A DNA stretch of 36,592 bases from a virus. Its lineage: Duplodnaviria > Caudoviricetes. A program made the position numbers and the translations under genes. This document shows, piece after piece, positions 26,756-35,652 of this stretch. Each line of letters starts with the position of its first letter. Position 1 is the stretch's first letter. The stretch is taken from the IMG/VR virus record IMGVR_UViG_3300020045_011859, positions 1 to 36,592 of that record; one strand, written 5' to 3'. The notes beneath the pieces were generated by a model. It was not told the origin of the DNA. It searched no databases and was given only the letters and a program-made list of their open reading frames with translations.

Positions 26756-27121
26756 ATGGAACAGGCAATTGACAAAATTCGTGATGAGATGGTGGACAAT
26801 CATGACGATGCAGTTATTCAGGCGCTTGGGGAAATGTTACTGGAACATTTGAGGCAGGATCCAGAATGTGATGGACAGATTGTTAAGGGGTATGATGCCG
26901 GGAAACGGTTGAAATCAGTGTACCAGGAGATCGAAAAATATGCCAAAGACAATCACAGAAGCAAGAACAGTTTTGTGGTGACACCCGAGAAAGCCATGGA
27001 AATCATGATCAAGCATTTCGGGATTAACTCTGTATCAGAAACAAGATTTGTAGCACCAACAGTAGCTCGGACACAAGCACCGTCGGAAGATTTTGATTTG
27101 AGGTTGGAGGACTTGTTATGA
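26756..27121 (+). CDS. PcfK-like protein
   Basis: AIDKIRDEM...IQALGEMLL...VVTPEKAMEIMIKHFGI...LEDLL. Directly upstream of PcfJ. Confidence 0.7.
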   Translation: MEQAIDKIRDEMVDNHDDAVIQALGEMLLEHLRQDPECDGQIVKGYDAGKRLKSVYQEIEKYAKDNHRSKNSFVVTPEKAMEIMIKHFGINSVSETRFVAPTVARTQAPSEDFDLRLEDLL

Positions 27122-28650
27122 GCAAGAAAGCCAAATTGCCAGTATCGGAATATTTGAAGCATTTTAATGAGAAAGTCAGCAAGAGTCTTGTGGATTATGC
27201 GGATAATGTTGCACTAAAGGAAAGTAGATATTTGGTTATTGAGGGTAAAGGGAAAAACAGGATGGCATACTGTACCCATTGCAACCAATATACCTGGTTC
27301 GGTACCGCCAAACAGAACACACAACACCATTGCCCAGTATGTTTAAGCGAATGTCTGGTAAAACATAAAAACATACCAAGGAAAAACTTGATAGACAGGG
27401 CATACATCGTATATTTTGAACCATCCGAATGCGATGCCAACACTATAGTGGCAAGAGGCATTGAAGTAAAAAGAGATTACTCCGGGAGCTACCGGGATGT
27501 TAAAACAATGTTCGCGGAAGAAGCACGTTATATTTTTTCTCCAGGTGAAGCTACTATGATGATGTATAACTGGTATTCAACAGGATTCTATGTGACATCC
27601 AGTGTATTTTCACTTTATTCACGGAAAGAAAAGTACATGAAATGCTATTGTTCCATCGAAAGCATTGAAAGAGCAATAATTGGAACTGTATTTCAGTATT
27701 CATTATGGGTGAAGTTTTGCAGACAAGATAACATTATTAAATACTTTGCACTTTTGGCCAATTATCCGATTGTGGAGCAGCTGGTAAAATCGGTTGGTAC
27801 AACTATGATTGAAGAAAAAATAATGGGTCATCACACATTCAATAGTGTGAATTGGAACGCTAAAACCATTTTTAAGGCACTCCGACTTAACAGAGGTGAC
27901 CTGAAAGAAATCAAGGAAAGCAAAATAAGCCTGGATTTTCACGGCTTGAAAATGATTCAGATGGGGAAAAAAACCGGATCAAAGCTATCAATTGCCAATC
28001 TTATGGGCATGGGAAAACTGTTTGATTATAATATGAATGTTTTGCAATTTATTTTAAAATATGCATCACTCGATAAAGCATATAAATTTATTGAAAAACA
28101 AAAGCAACGCAGTAAGTTTAACAGTGCACATGCAATTCTAGGTACCTGGAAAGACTATATCGACGATTGCATTCAATTGCAATATGCCATGAGAGATGAA
28201 CGTGTCCTCTATCCAAAGGACATCGATGCAGCACACCAGAATACACTTCGGCAAATCAAGATCAAAGTTGATGAATCCTTGAACATCAAAATAAAAGGCA
28301 GAGTCAAGAAACTAAGAAAGCAATATGCGTTTTCAAATGGGGGCTTTTTTATTCGTCCGGCAGAAAGCTCAATTGAACTGATGGATGAGGGGAATGCCTT
28401 GAATCACTGTGTCGGAAGGTATGCTAATGATTATGCAAATGGTGGGACTGACATTCTGTTTGTTCGAAAAACAGCGGAGCCAGAAAAGCCATTCTACACA
28501 ATGGAGGTTCATAAAAACCAAATCACACAGGTGAGAAGCAAAGGGAATAAAACCCCTGAACAAATGATGCATACAGAGTTGCAGACGTTTATTAAAACAT
28601 TTCAAGATGAGAAACTCGAGATGAAAACAAAAATTAAAGTAGCGGTGTAA
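27118..28650 (+). CDS. PcfJ-domain protein
   Basis: CTHC/CPVC, WKDYI, YPKDIDAAH, EGNALNHCVGRY, ILFVRK..PFYTME. Confidence 0.9.
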   Translation: MSKKAKLPVSEYLKHFNEKVSKSLVDYADNVALKESRYLVIEGKGKNRMAYCTHCNQYTWFGTAKQNTQHHCPVCLSECLVKHKNIPRKNLIDRAYIVYFEPSECDANTIVARGIEVKRDYSGSYRDVKTMFAEEARYIFSPGEATMMMYNWYSTGFYVTSSVFSLYSRKEKYMKCYCSIESIERAIIGTVFQYSLWVKFCRQDNIIKYFALLANYPIVEQLVKSVGTTMIEEKIMGHHTFNSVNWNAKTIFKALRLNRGDLKEIKESKISLDFHGLKMIQMGKKTGSKLSIANLMGMGKLFDYNMNVLQFILKYASLDKAYKFIEKQKQRSKFNSAHAILGTWKDYIDDCIQLQYAMRDERVLYPKDIDAAHQNTLRQIKIKVDESLNIKIKGRVKKLRKQYAFSNGGFFIRPAESSIELMDEGNALNHCVGRYANDYANGGTDILFVRKTAEPEKPFYTMEVHKNQITQVRSKGNKTPEQMMHTELQTFIKTFQDEKLEMKTKIKVAV

Positions 28651-28662
28651 GGAGAAAAATAA

Positions 28663-29682
28663 ATGGGTGAGTTACTGATTCAAAGGACACCACAGTTGAT
28701 TGCTGCAGAGATAAGACATATTCATCTGGAGACACAGAGAATTGTATTGAATAATGCCATTGAGATTGGGCGCCGGCTGATGGAGGCTAAGAGCTTATTG
28801 CCACATGGTGAATGGACCGGATGGCTCTTAGATAGTGTTGAATACAGTCAAAGCACAGCCAATAATTTCATGAAAATATTCCAGGAGTATGGAGCTGATC
28901 AGATCACCATGCTTGAAGAAAGAAATACAAAGCATCCAATTTATGACCGCCTGACATACAGCAAAGCGATTGCCTTGATGGCTATCCCCGAAGAGGAGCG
29001 GCCTGAGTACATAGAAACTCATCCGATTGATGACCTATCTGTCCGGGAACTTAAGGAGGCTATCCGATCCAAAGAGGAATCGGAGGATCGTGCCAAGGGA
29101 GCGGAGCAACAAGCAGCTGCTTTCCAAAAGAAAATTGATGATCTTGTTCTGAAAAATTTAGACTTGAAAGCAACAGCATCCAAAGTCGATGAAGCAGTCA
29201 AAAAAGCTGTGGAAAAAGAAAAGTCGGATGCAGAGAAAAAATTAAAATCCCTAGAATCAGAGGTCAAGAAATTAGAAAAAGCACTGGAAGAGGTTCAAGC
29301 CAAACAGGAAGAAGAGAATGATGACGCGGATCCAGAGGAAGAAAAGAATAAAATCCGGTCAGAGTTACAGGAGCAATTGAAACTGGAGATTGAAAAAGAA
29401 AAAGGACGTCTGCAGATAGAAATTGAGACTGCCAAAAATATGGTGAAAGAAAGAGACAAGCAGATCAAGGAGCTCCAACTTAAAGTAGCCACAGGCGCTA
29501 ATGAAGATATCCAGGTATTCAAGGTGTTGTATGAGCAGACAGCTGAAGGATTCAAAAAACTCATCAATCAAGTCGGTAAAATTAAGGAAGTGGATCCAGC
29601 GGGAGCCATGAAGTATCTTGGAGCATTGGAAAAAACATTAGGGATTATGATGGAAAACGTCAACAAGACTAAATGGTGGTGA
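28663..29682 (+). CDS. DUF3102-domain protein with long coiled coil
   Basis: IEIGRRLMEAKSLLPHGEW..WL...YSQSTANNFMKIFQEYG, SVRELK. Confidence 0.88.
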   Translation: MGELLIQRTPQLIAAEIRHIHLETQRIVLNNAIEIGRRLMEAKSLLPHGEWTGWLLDSVEYSQSTANNFMKIFQEYGADQITMLEERNTKHPIYDRLTYSKAIALMAIPEEERPEYIETHPIDDLSVRELKEAIRSKEESEDRAKGAEQQAAAFQKKIDDLVLKNLDLKATASKVDEAVKKAVEKEKSDAEKKLKSLESEVKKLEKALEEVQAKQEEENDDADPEEEKNKIRSELQEQLKLEIEKEKGRLQIEIETAKNMVKERDKQIKELQLKVATGANEDIQVFKVLYEQTAEGFKKLINQVGKIKEVDPAGAMKYLGALEKTLGIMMENVNKTKWW

Positions 29683-29687
29683 GATAG

Positions 29688-30014
29688 ATGCAAAAAGGAG
29701 ACATTGTCATCGGAAAAGATGAATACTGGGGGACCTATGGAGGAGAAGTCATGAGCATGAATATCGGGATACAGATAAAAATTATGTTTTGTCTGTCATA
29801 TCCGAGGCAGTGGGCTATTTTCAACAAGGATGTTCCGGTAGAGCGGAGCCCATATTCATACCAATCCATCCATGGATTCAGTCGGGGCAATGTCTCGTAT
29901 TTTGCAGGGAATGTGCTGGATTATCAAAAATCAGTCTCGGCAGCTTTGGAGATGGCTATGGTATGTGAGGATAACAATATACTGAAACAGCATAGGAGCC
30001 AGCTGATCGCTTAA
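29688..30014 (+). CDS. Hypothetical protein
   Basis: Close-packed ORF in the early operon. Confidence 0.65.
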   Translation: MQKGDIVIGKDEYWGTYGGEVMSMNIGIQIKIMFCLSYPRQWAIFNKDVPVERSPYSYQSIHGFSRGNVSYFAGNVLDYQKSVSAALEMAMVCEDNNILKQHRSQLIA

Positions 30015-30048
30015 TAAGGAGAGAAATTATTAGAAAGGTAATAATGAT

Positions 30049-30189
30049 ATGTGTGAGTTGGAGCAAGCTAGAAAAGATCTATATAAAGCTATGGAATCTG
30101 GTGATAAGGATGTAATTTTGAAAGCTAGTCAAGAGATGGACAAGCATGTAGTGGCAGCTGCAAGACAGTTTGAAAATGAAGACCGGTAA
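30049..30189 (+). CDS. 46-aa Spo0E-like aspartyl-phosphate phosphatase (absent from ORF track)
   Basis: MCELEQARKDLYKAMESGDKDVILKASQEMDKHVVAAARQFENEDR: two helices with SQEMD (family signature SQELD). GAAAGG RBS. TAATG coupling to the next gene. Confidence 0.7.
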   Translation: MCELEQARKDLYKAMESGDKDVILKASQEMDKHVVAAARQFENEDR

Positions 30190-30416
30190 TGGATTTCGGA
30201 GGGACTAAAATGAAGAATGCAAAATGGACTTATGGGGTTGTCGGAAGTGGTGACATTGGTTATGAAGCAATGAGACGGTTCAGAAAAAAAGGAGTTGCTA
30301 TCTGTTACCGAATGAATAGTGATACTTGCCAGATATGGAGGTACAAGCAAGGAAAGTGGGAGGACATGCCAGGTAATAGTATGCCATTCACTGCTTTATG
30401 CTCCTTTGCTGGATGA
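30189..30416 (+). CDS. Hypothetical protein
   Basis: TAATG-coupled start. An alternative start follows GGAGG. Confidence 0.55.
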   Translation: MDFGGTKMKNAKWTYGVVGSGDIGYEAMRRFRKKGVAICYRMNSDTCQIWRYKQGKWEDMPGNSMPFTALCSFAG

Positions 30417-30428
30417 GAAAGGTGGCTT

Positions 30429-30596
30429 ATGACTGGACCTGATTTGGATAGATGGGAAAAGCTTTGTAAATGGTGTCTGGGGTGTCAAGCCATGGAGAAT
30501 TAAAATTGGGTACCGCCGCACAAATGTGGTGGGGTGACAGATCTGAGGCCTGCAGCTCCGGAACAGATGAGGATGAAGGAGATCGCAAAAAAATGA
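30429..30596 (+). pseudogene. Small Cys-rich ORF interrupted by an in-frame TAA (30501-30503)
   Basis: GAAAGGTG RBS. MTGPDLDRWEKLCKWCLGCQAMEN*NWVPPHKC...EQMRMKEIAKK. The final TGA overlaps the next ATG. Confidence 0.5.
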
Positions 30597-31147
30597 AATG
30601 CAGATATTTAATTGGAATTATCATTTTGGCTTTGTTGATAGTGGGTGGGATAGTCTTGATGAGCTTACCAACAAATATAAAAATTAAAGCGGAGGGTTAT
30701 GGTTGGGAGAGAGTTATCCATTATGAAAAGTATTTGTTATGCATTGAAGATGACTGGAGTGTTCCATATGATGCGATTCGAATTATTGATAGAAATACAG
30801 AAATCAGGACATACCGGAGTGTAAGAACGGGGACGGATTCTGACGGTGATGCGATATACACGTCACAACCAGTTTACGATACAAAATACACTTATGAAAT
30901 TATGCGGTGGAAATTTTCTCACAACGATACTACCACTGGGATTGATCATAAGCCATATTGGTCTATAGAAACGATAGTTTCGGATGTTCTTAGAGAATCA
31001 CGGCGTGAAGAAAAATATTGGATTGATGGAATTGACAAAGAAAAAAAGGTAAGAGTTGAAGCTAAGTTAAGCCTATGGAATGAGTTAACCTTAAACAAGG
31101 ATTATAAGGTTAAAAGAAATGGCTGGGGGACTTATTGGTTCAATTAA
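30593..31147 (+). CDS. Membrane-anchored hypothetical protein
   Basis: AAGGAG RBS, one N-terminal TM helix, beta-rich body. Confidence 0.7.
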   Translation: MKCRYLIGIIILALLIVGGIVLMSLPTNIKIKAEGYGWERVIHYEKYLLCIEDDWSVPYDAIRIIDRNTEIRTYRSVRTGTDSDGDAIYTSQPVYDTKYTYEIMRWKFSHNDTTTGIDHKPYWSIETIVSDVLRESRREEKYWIDGIDKEKKVRVEAKLSLWNELTLNKDYKVKRNGWGTYWFN

Positions 31148-31170
31148 TGATTCTTGATGGGGGTGTTCAT

Positions 31171-31569
31171 ATGAATAAAAACTATGGTTGCCATGGATGT
31201 ATGTTTATCAGTACTGATTTAAAAAACGGACCATGTGATCCATGTAGTGCGAATGATGCGTGGAAACCTGAAAACTGGATGACGGGAAAAGAACATAAAA
31301 TAAAAACAGTTTCCCCATTTTTTGAAGACATAGAATCAGGCAAGAAAAAATTTGAAATTAGAAAAAACGATAGAAATTACCAGGTTGGAGATTTGTTGGT
31401 GTTAAGCCACTGGGATCATCAAAGTAAGTGTTTTACAGGTCGTCAGATTTATGGGCGGGTTGATTATATTCTTGATGATCGACGGTTTATACAAGAGGGT
31501 TATATTTGCATGAGCATAACAAAGTTAATGTGGGGGAGAAGATGTTTTAGTAATATTCGGGGTTTCTAA
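31171..31569 (+). CDS. DUF3850/ASCH-domain protein
   Basis: HKIKT...FFEDIESGKKKFEIRKNDRNYQVGDLLVL. Confidence 0.85.
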   Translation: MNKNYGCHGCMFISTDLKNGPCDPCSANDAWKPENWMTGKEHKIKTVSPFFEDIESGKKKFEIRKNDRNYQVGDLLVLSHWDHQSKCFTGRQIYGRVDYILDDRRFIQEGYICMSITKLMWGRRCFSNIRGF

Positions 31570-31634
31570 TTCAAGGGGAAAGTGGATTCAATTTAAGCTA
31601 TCTATGTCGATGTATCGACGGAAAGAGAGGTCAT

Positions 31635-32363
31635 ATGTTTAGACCTGTATATGAGCCGAGAGGAAGGGCAAGAGAATACTGCGAAAGGGCGTTAAACCTA
31701 TATACTGGATGCGACCACGGATGTACTTACTGTTACGCTCCGAAGGTTTTAAAAAAATCTCCAGAGGATTTTCATAGAGAAATCAAAGTGCGTGATGGTG
31801 TTCTTGATTCATTGGAAGCGCAGTGTAAACGAGGGGAATTAAATGGGTTGAAGGTTTTGCTATGCTTCACTTGCGATCCATATTCTCCATCAGCAGTTAA
31901 GACAGGAGCCACACGCAAGGCACTTGAAATACTGACAAGGAATGATGTGAATTTCACGGTATTAACAAAGGGCGGGACGGCCGCATGTGCTGATTTTGAC
32001 CTATATAAGCCGGGCGATTCATTTGGCACGACTCTCACGTTTTTATCCATTGATGACACTAAATTGTGGGAACCAAATACCGCACTTTCAAATGACCGAG
32101 TACGTGCCATTGACGTTGCAAATGCAGCCGGTATCCAAACATGGGTAAGCCTTGAACCTGTCATTTCTCCAATAGACGCAAAGGTGCATGTGAGTTTGCT
32201 TCATCCTATCGTTGACCTGTGGAAGGTCGGACGTTGGAACTATGATGCCCGTGCGAAAGAAATTGATTGGAAACATTTCGGGCATGACATCGAGGCGATG
32301 TTTCAGAAATATGGTTGCAACTATTACATCAAGGAAGATTTGCGCAAGGCCATGGAATCCTGA
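31635..32363 (+). CDS. Radical SAM protein (SPL-like family)
   Basis: LNLYTGCDHGCTYCYA (CX3CX2C), TCDPY, VLTKG, WVSLEPV. Confidence 0.88.
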   Translation: MFRPVYEPRGRAREYCERALNLYTGCDHGCTYCYAPKVLKKSPEDFHREIKVRDGVLDSLEAQCKRGELNGLKVLLCFTCDPYSPSAVKTGATRKALEILTRNDVNFTVLTKGGTAACADFDLYKPGDSFGTTLTFLSIDDTKLWEPNTALSNDRVRAIDVANAAGIQTWVSLEPVISPIDAKVHVSLLHPIVDLWKVGRWNYDARAKEIDWKHFGHDIEAMFQKYGCNYYIKEDLRKAMES

Positions 32364-32403
32364 CATTATCAATCTATTACGAAACTTAGAAGGGAGAATT
32401 TCC

Positions 32404-32961
32404 ATGATTATAGGATATGAAAAACTAAAAATGGCAGTAGAAAAAGATTGCAACGGCAAGGGTTCATGTGGGTGTTTTAACCCAGATGGATGTAATATGG
32501 AACACCCATCCATCGGGAAGTATGGGGAAGAAGGGTATAATTCATGTTTTCACAAGTATTGCGATAAGTTCAAATGGACTATCGACAGAGCAAAACACTA
32601 TGGCGAAAAACTAGGGTTAAATTGGGAGGACGTCCTTGATTCATGGGAAGAAAGTCGCAACTACTGGTACATGAATTACTACCAAGATGGCAGACAACCT
32701 GAAATAAAAGGCGATAAGGTGAAGGTTTTTGATTCTGTTGATAAGATGACTGAATCCATTGGTGAAAGTAAATTCCGATGTCCAGCATGTGGTGGTATCT
32801 CAACAAACCCTTACGAATGTAATAGTGGGGAAAAAGTAAACCGAAAAGCATGTGACTGGAAAGTGTATGGATTGTTCGGGGATTTAGGTAAAGGTGTTTT
32901 TGTTTATTGCAAAGATAAATTACAGGGAGAAACAATATTTACCCCATTATCATGGGAGTGA
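32404..32961 (+). CDS. Cys-rich (Zn-binding) phage protein
   Basis: YWYMNYYQ, FRCPACGGIST, CDWKVYGLF. GGGAG RBS. Confidence 0.75.
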   Translation: MIIGYEKLKMAVEKDCNGKGSCGCFNPDGCNMEHPSIGKYGEEGYNSCFHKYCDKFKWTIDRAKHYGEKLGLNWEDVLDSWEESRNYWYMNYYQDGRQPEIKGDKVKVFDSVDKMTESIGESKFRCPACGGISTNPYECNSGEKVNRKACDWKVYGLFGDLGKGVFVYCKDKLQGETIFTPLSWE

Positions 32962-33018
32962 AGTTATTTCGCCAAATAAAGAATAATGCGAAAGATGAGG
33001 AAGAGAAAGGAGAAAAAT

Positions 33019-33243
33019 ATGTTTGTAATCTTGGATAACGGTAGTAGAGCAGTGAACATAAATTTAGTCAATGAATTGGAAATAGTAAAAATTAGGGACG
33101 AATTTGTTCTGACAATGACGATCAAGGGTCAAACATCACGAAATGAAATACTTTGTTGCAGCTCAGAAAAAGAAAAATTAAAAAAGATATTGGAACAGAT
33201 CGCCACAGGAAGTGAATGTGCATATTTGATGCAAGAGGATTGA
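33019..33243 (+). CDS. Hypothetical protein
   Basis: AAAGGAG RBS. Confidence 0.6.
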   Translation: MFVILDNGSRAVNINLVNELEIVKIRDEFVLTMTIKGQTSRNEILCCSSEKEKLKKILEQIATGSECAYLMQED

Positions 33244-33276
33244 ATCAGTGCAGAATTTAATGAAAAGGGTGAAAAA

Positions 33277-33399
33277 ATGAGAATTCGATTAAGACACAAA
33301 AGACTGATTCAGAATACATGTCCTGAATGCGGAACGAAACTCCAACACCAAGAGGGATGTATAAGATGCCCGAGCTGTGGTTGGTCGCTTTGTAGATAA
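33277..33399 (+). CDS. 40-aa zinc-ribbon peptide (absent from ORF track)
   Basis: CPECG..LQHQEGCIRCPSCGWSLC. AAGGGTG RBS. Confidence 0.7.
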   Translation: MRIRLRHKRLIQNTCPECGTKLQHQEGCIRCPSCGWSLCR

Positions 33400-33446
33400 A
33401 GAGAGAAAATGCTGATGTATCTTTTATTAGTAAGGTGGACAAGCAT

Positions 33447-34406
33447 ATGAGTGCTTACAAAATTCTTGCAGAAAAAATTATTGATCTTTGCCCTTCAATT
33501 GAAGAAAACAGTTTATATCTGATCCTGGATGAATTCATTATTGAAAAACGTGACAATGGATATGAAAATTCAACAAATGAAGAGCTATTAATATCTTATT
33601 TGGCAACGATTGAACTAGAAAACCTGTCACCAAAAACAATAAAGGAATATAGAAGCGCGATAGGAAAGCTGCTAAAGGATCTTAATAAACCAGTAGTAAG
33701 GATAACGACAAATGACATCCGGATGTTTATGACAAAAAAATCATGGAAGCCGGCAACAAGAGCAACAAACCTTTATGCATATCGAAGCTTTTTCAATTGG
33801 CTGGAGCGGGAGCGGATTATACTGAGATCTCCGGCCAAGGATATCAAGCCACCCAAAAAAGACAAACGTATGCCTAAGGCATTGAACGAGGTACAACAGG
33901 AACAGGTTAAAGAAGCATGCCGTGGAACAAGGGAAAGAGCATTGGTCGAGGTATTTTTGGCGTCAGGGATGAGAATATCGGAATTAATCAGTATCAATAT
34001 TCAAGATGTTCATTTTGATACTAAACGGATTCTTGTTATTGGAAAAGGAAATAAAGAGCGTTATGTCTTTTTGACTGATAGAGCAGTCTACCATCTAAAA
34101 AAGTATCTTGATGCTCGCAAGGATAAAGAAGAAGCACTATTTGTATCGGAAAAGGGACAGCCACGAAGGGTAACAGTCAGAGCCATACAGAACAAGCTAA
34201 AAACGATAAACAACCGTATGCCTGAAGATGCTCATTTGCATCCGCACCGGTTCAGGCACACATATGCAACAAATCTGGTCAATCGCGGAGTGCCACTACC
34301 TACATTACAGAAGCTCATGGGTCACAATACAATCGATACAACAAATGTATATATACAAACCAAAGTGAGTCAGTTGCAGTTTGCCTATGATCAGAGTGCA
34401 GCATAA
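33447..34406 (+). CDS. Second tyrosine recombinase (XerC/D-like)
   Basis: GMRISE, GKGNKER, HPHRFRH, MGH, TTNVY. SAM-like N-terminal domain, no arm-binding domain. Confidence 0.92.
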   Translation: MSAYKILAEKIIDLCPSIEENSLYLILDEFIIEKRDNGYENSTNEELLISYLATIELENLSPKTIKEYRSAIGKLLKDLNKPVVRITTNDIRMFMTKKSWKPATRATNLYAYRSFFNWLERERIILRSPAKDIKPPKKDKRMPKALNEVQQEQVKEACRGTRERALVEVFLASGMRISELISINIQDVHFDTKRILVIGKGNKERYVFLTDRAVYHLKKYLDARKDKEEALFVSEKGQPRRVTVRAIQNKLKTINNRMPEDAHLHPHRFRHTYATNLVNRGVPLPTLQKLMGHNTIDTTNVYIQTKVSQLQFAYDQSAA

Positions 34407-34577
34407 CTGGGGAAAGAGGGACAAGCATGGTCCGAAAACATTTGTTCGCTGGAAAAATAAGTAAAACGACAAGTTGATCACTTTTCTATTTACATTATAT
34501 ATAAGGAATATCTACGAGACTTTTGTTCCTTGCTAAAGTGATTAACTTATCAACGATAGGAAGAGAGATGGAATTAT

Positions 34578-35444
34578 ATGTCATATATAAAACATGAGAT
34601 CATATCAGGAGATGTATATGAGGCCATCCAAACAATGAGTACGAGAAATAGAAAAAAGGGAAATAGAAAACCTAAAAATTCCAAGTCAACTTATAAACAG
34701 ATTTTGAACAATGAAAAAAATGCAAAGAGAAAAGTGGCAAGAGAAATAAATGCAAATTTCAAAAAAGGGGATCTATTTATCACACTGACTCATGATGGAG
34801 AAATTCCAAGTTTGGAAGATGCAAAAAAAGCATTGGTAAATTTTTTTAGAAGAATTAAGTATTTTCGGAAGAAAAACAATCTTCCTGATGTGAAATATAT
34901 TGCAGTGACAGAATCGGACGAAAAGAGGGTACATCATCACATTATCATGTCAAACATGAGTATGGACATTGTCAATGATACCTGGAACAAGGGAAGGACT
35001 CTTGCTAGTCGACTGAATACAGATCGAGATTATACCGGGATAGCAAAGTACATCACAAAAGAGACACCAAAAGCATTCGCAAAAAGATGGACACAAAGCA
35101 AAAATCTTAAAAAACCAATTGTGAGAACTCGAGAACTGAAATCGGGGAGATCAGTATTAAAAGAGCCAAAGGGATACCTTTTGTTAGAACAGAGGTTAGA
35201 TTATACAGATTGGACAGGAAATTATCAGTATCTAAAGGCAGTTAAAATTGGAGGGATGGATTACTGTGAAGGATGGCAAGACAGCGATAGGGCAGGAACG
35301 AATGTCAGCCAAGGAATATCAAAGTTACATAACCAACAAAACAAGAAGCCAGACAAAATACAAAAATCAGAAAACAATAGTGGAAGGACATCCATTCGAC
35401 AGCCAGGCCGAGGCCAGAAGATATGCGGAGTTGGTGATCCTTGA
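34578..35444 (+). CDS. HUH rolling-circle-type replication initiator
   Basis: Motif I (FITLTH), motif II (RVHHHIIM), motif III (IAKYITKE). C-terminal tail overlaps the next gene. Confidence 0.8.
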   Translation: MSYIKHEIISGDVYEAIQTMSTRNRKKGNRKPKNSKSTYKQILNNEKNAKRKVAREINANFKKGDLFITLTHDGEIPSLEDAKKALVNFFRRIKYFRKKNNLPDVKYIAVTESDEKRVHHHIIMSNMSMDIVNDTWNKGRTLASRLNTDRDYTGIAKYITKETPKAFAKRWTQSKNLKKPIVRTRELKSGRSVLKEPKGYLLLEQRLDYTDWTGNYQYLKAVKIGGMDYCEGWQDSDRAGTNVSQGISKLHNQQNKKPDKIQKSENNSGRTSIRQPGRGQKICGVGDP

Positions 35445-35652
35445 ACGGTGTGGAGATATCAAGGGATTCATGATACAGCCAAGTTTTGTTATTTCAAAAG
35501 GGATTCGTTATCGTGCGGATTTTATGGTCTGTGGAAAAGATGGACGGATCTGGATAGAGGATGTCAAAGGATTTGAAACAAAAGAATTCAAACTGAAAAA
35601 GAAATTGTTTGATGATAGGTACCCATGGTTAGAGCTACAGATCATAAAGTAA
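35266..35652 (+). CDS. DUF1064-family PD-(D/E)XK nuclease
   Basis: KYKNQKT..G..FDSQAEARRY, QPSF, YRADF, IEDVKG. Confidence 0.88.
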   Translation: MKDGKTAIGQERMSAKEYQSYITNKTRSQTKYKNQKTIVEGHPFDSQAEARRYAELVILERCGDIKGFMIQPSFVISKGIRYRADFMVCGKDGRIWIEDVKGFETKEFKLKKKLFDDRYPWLELQIIK

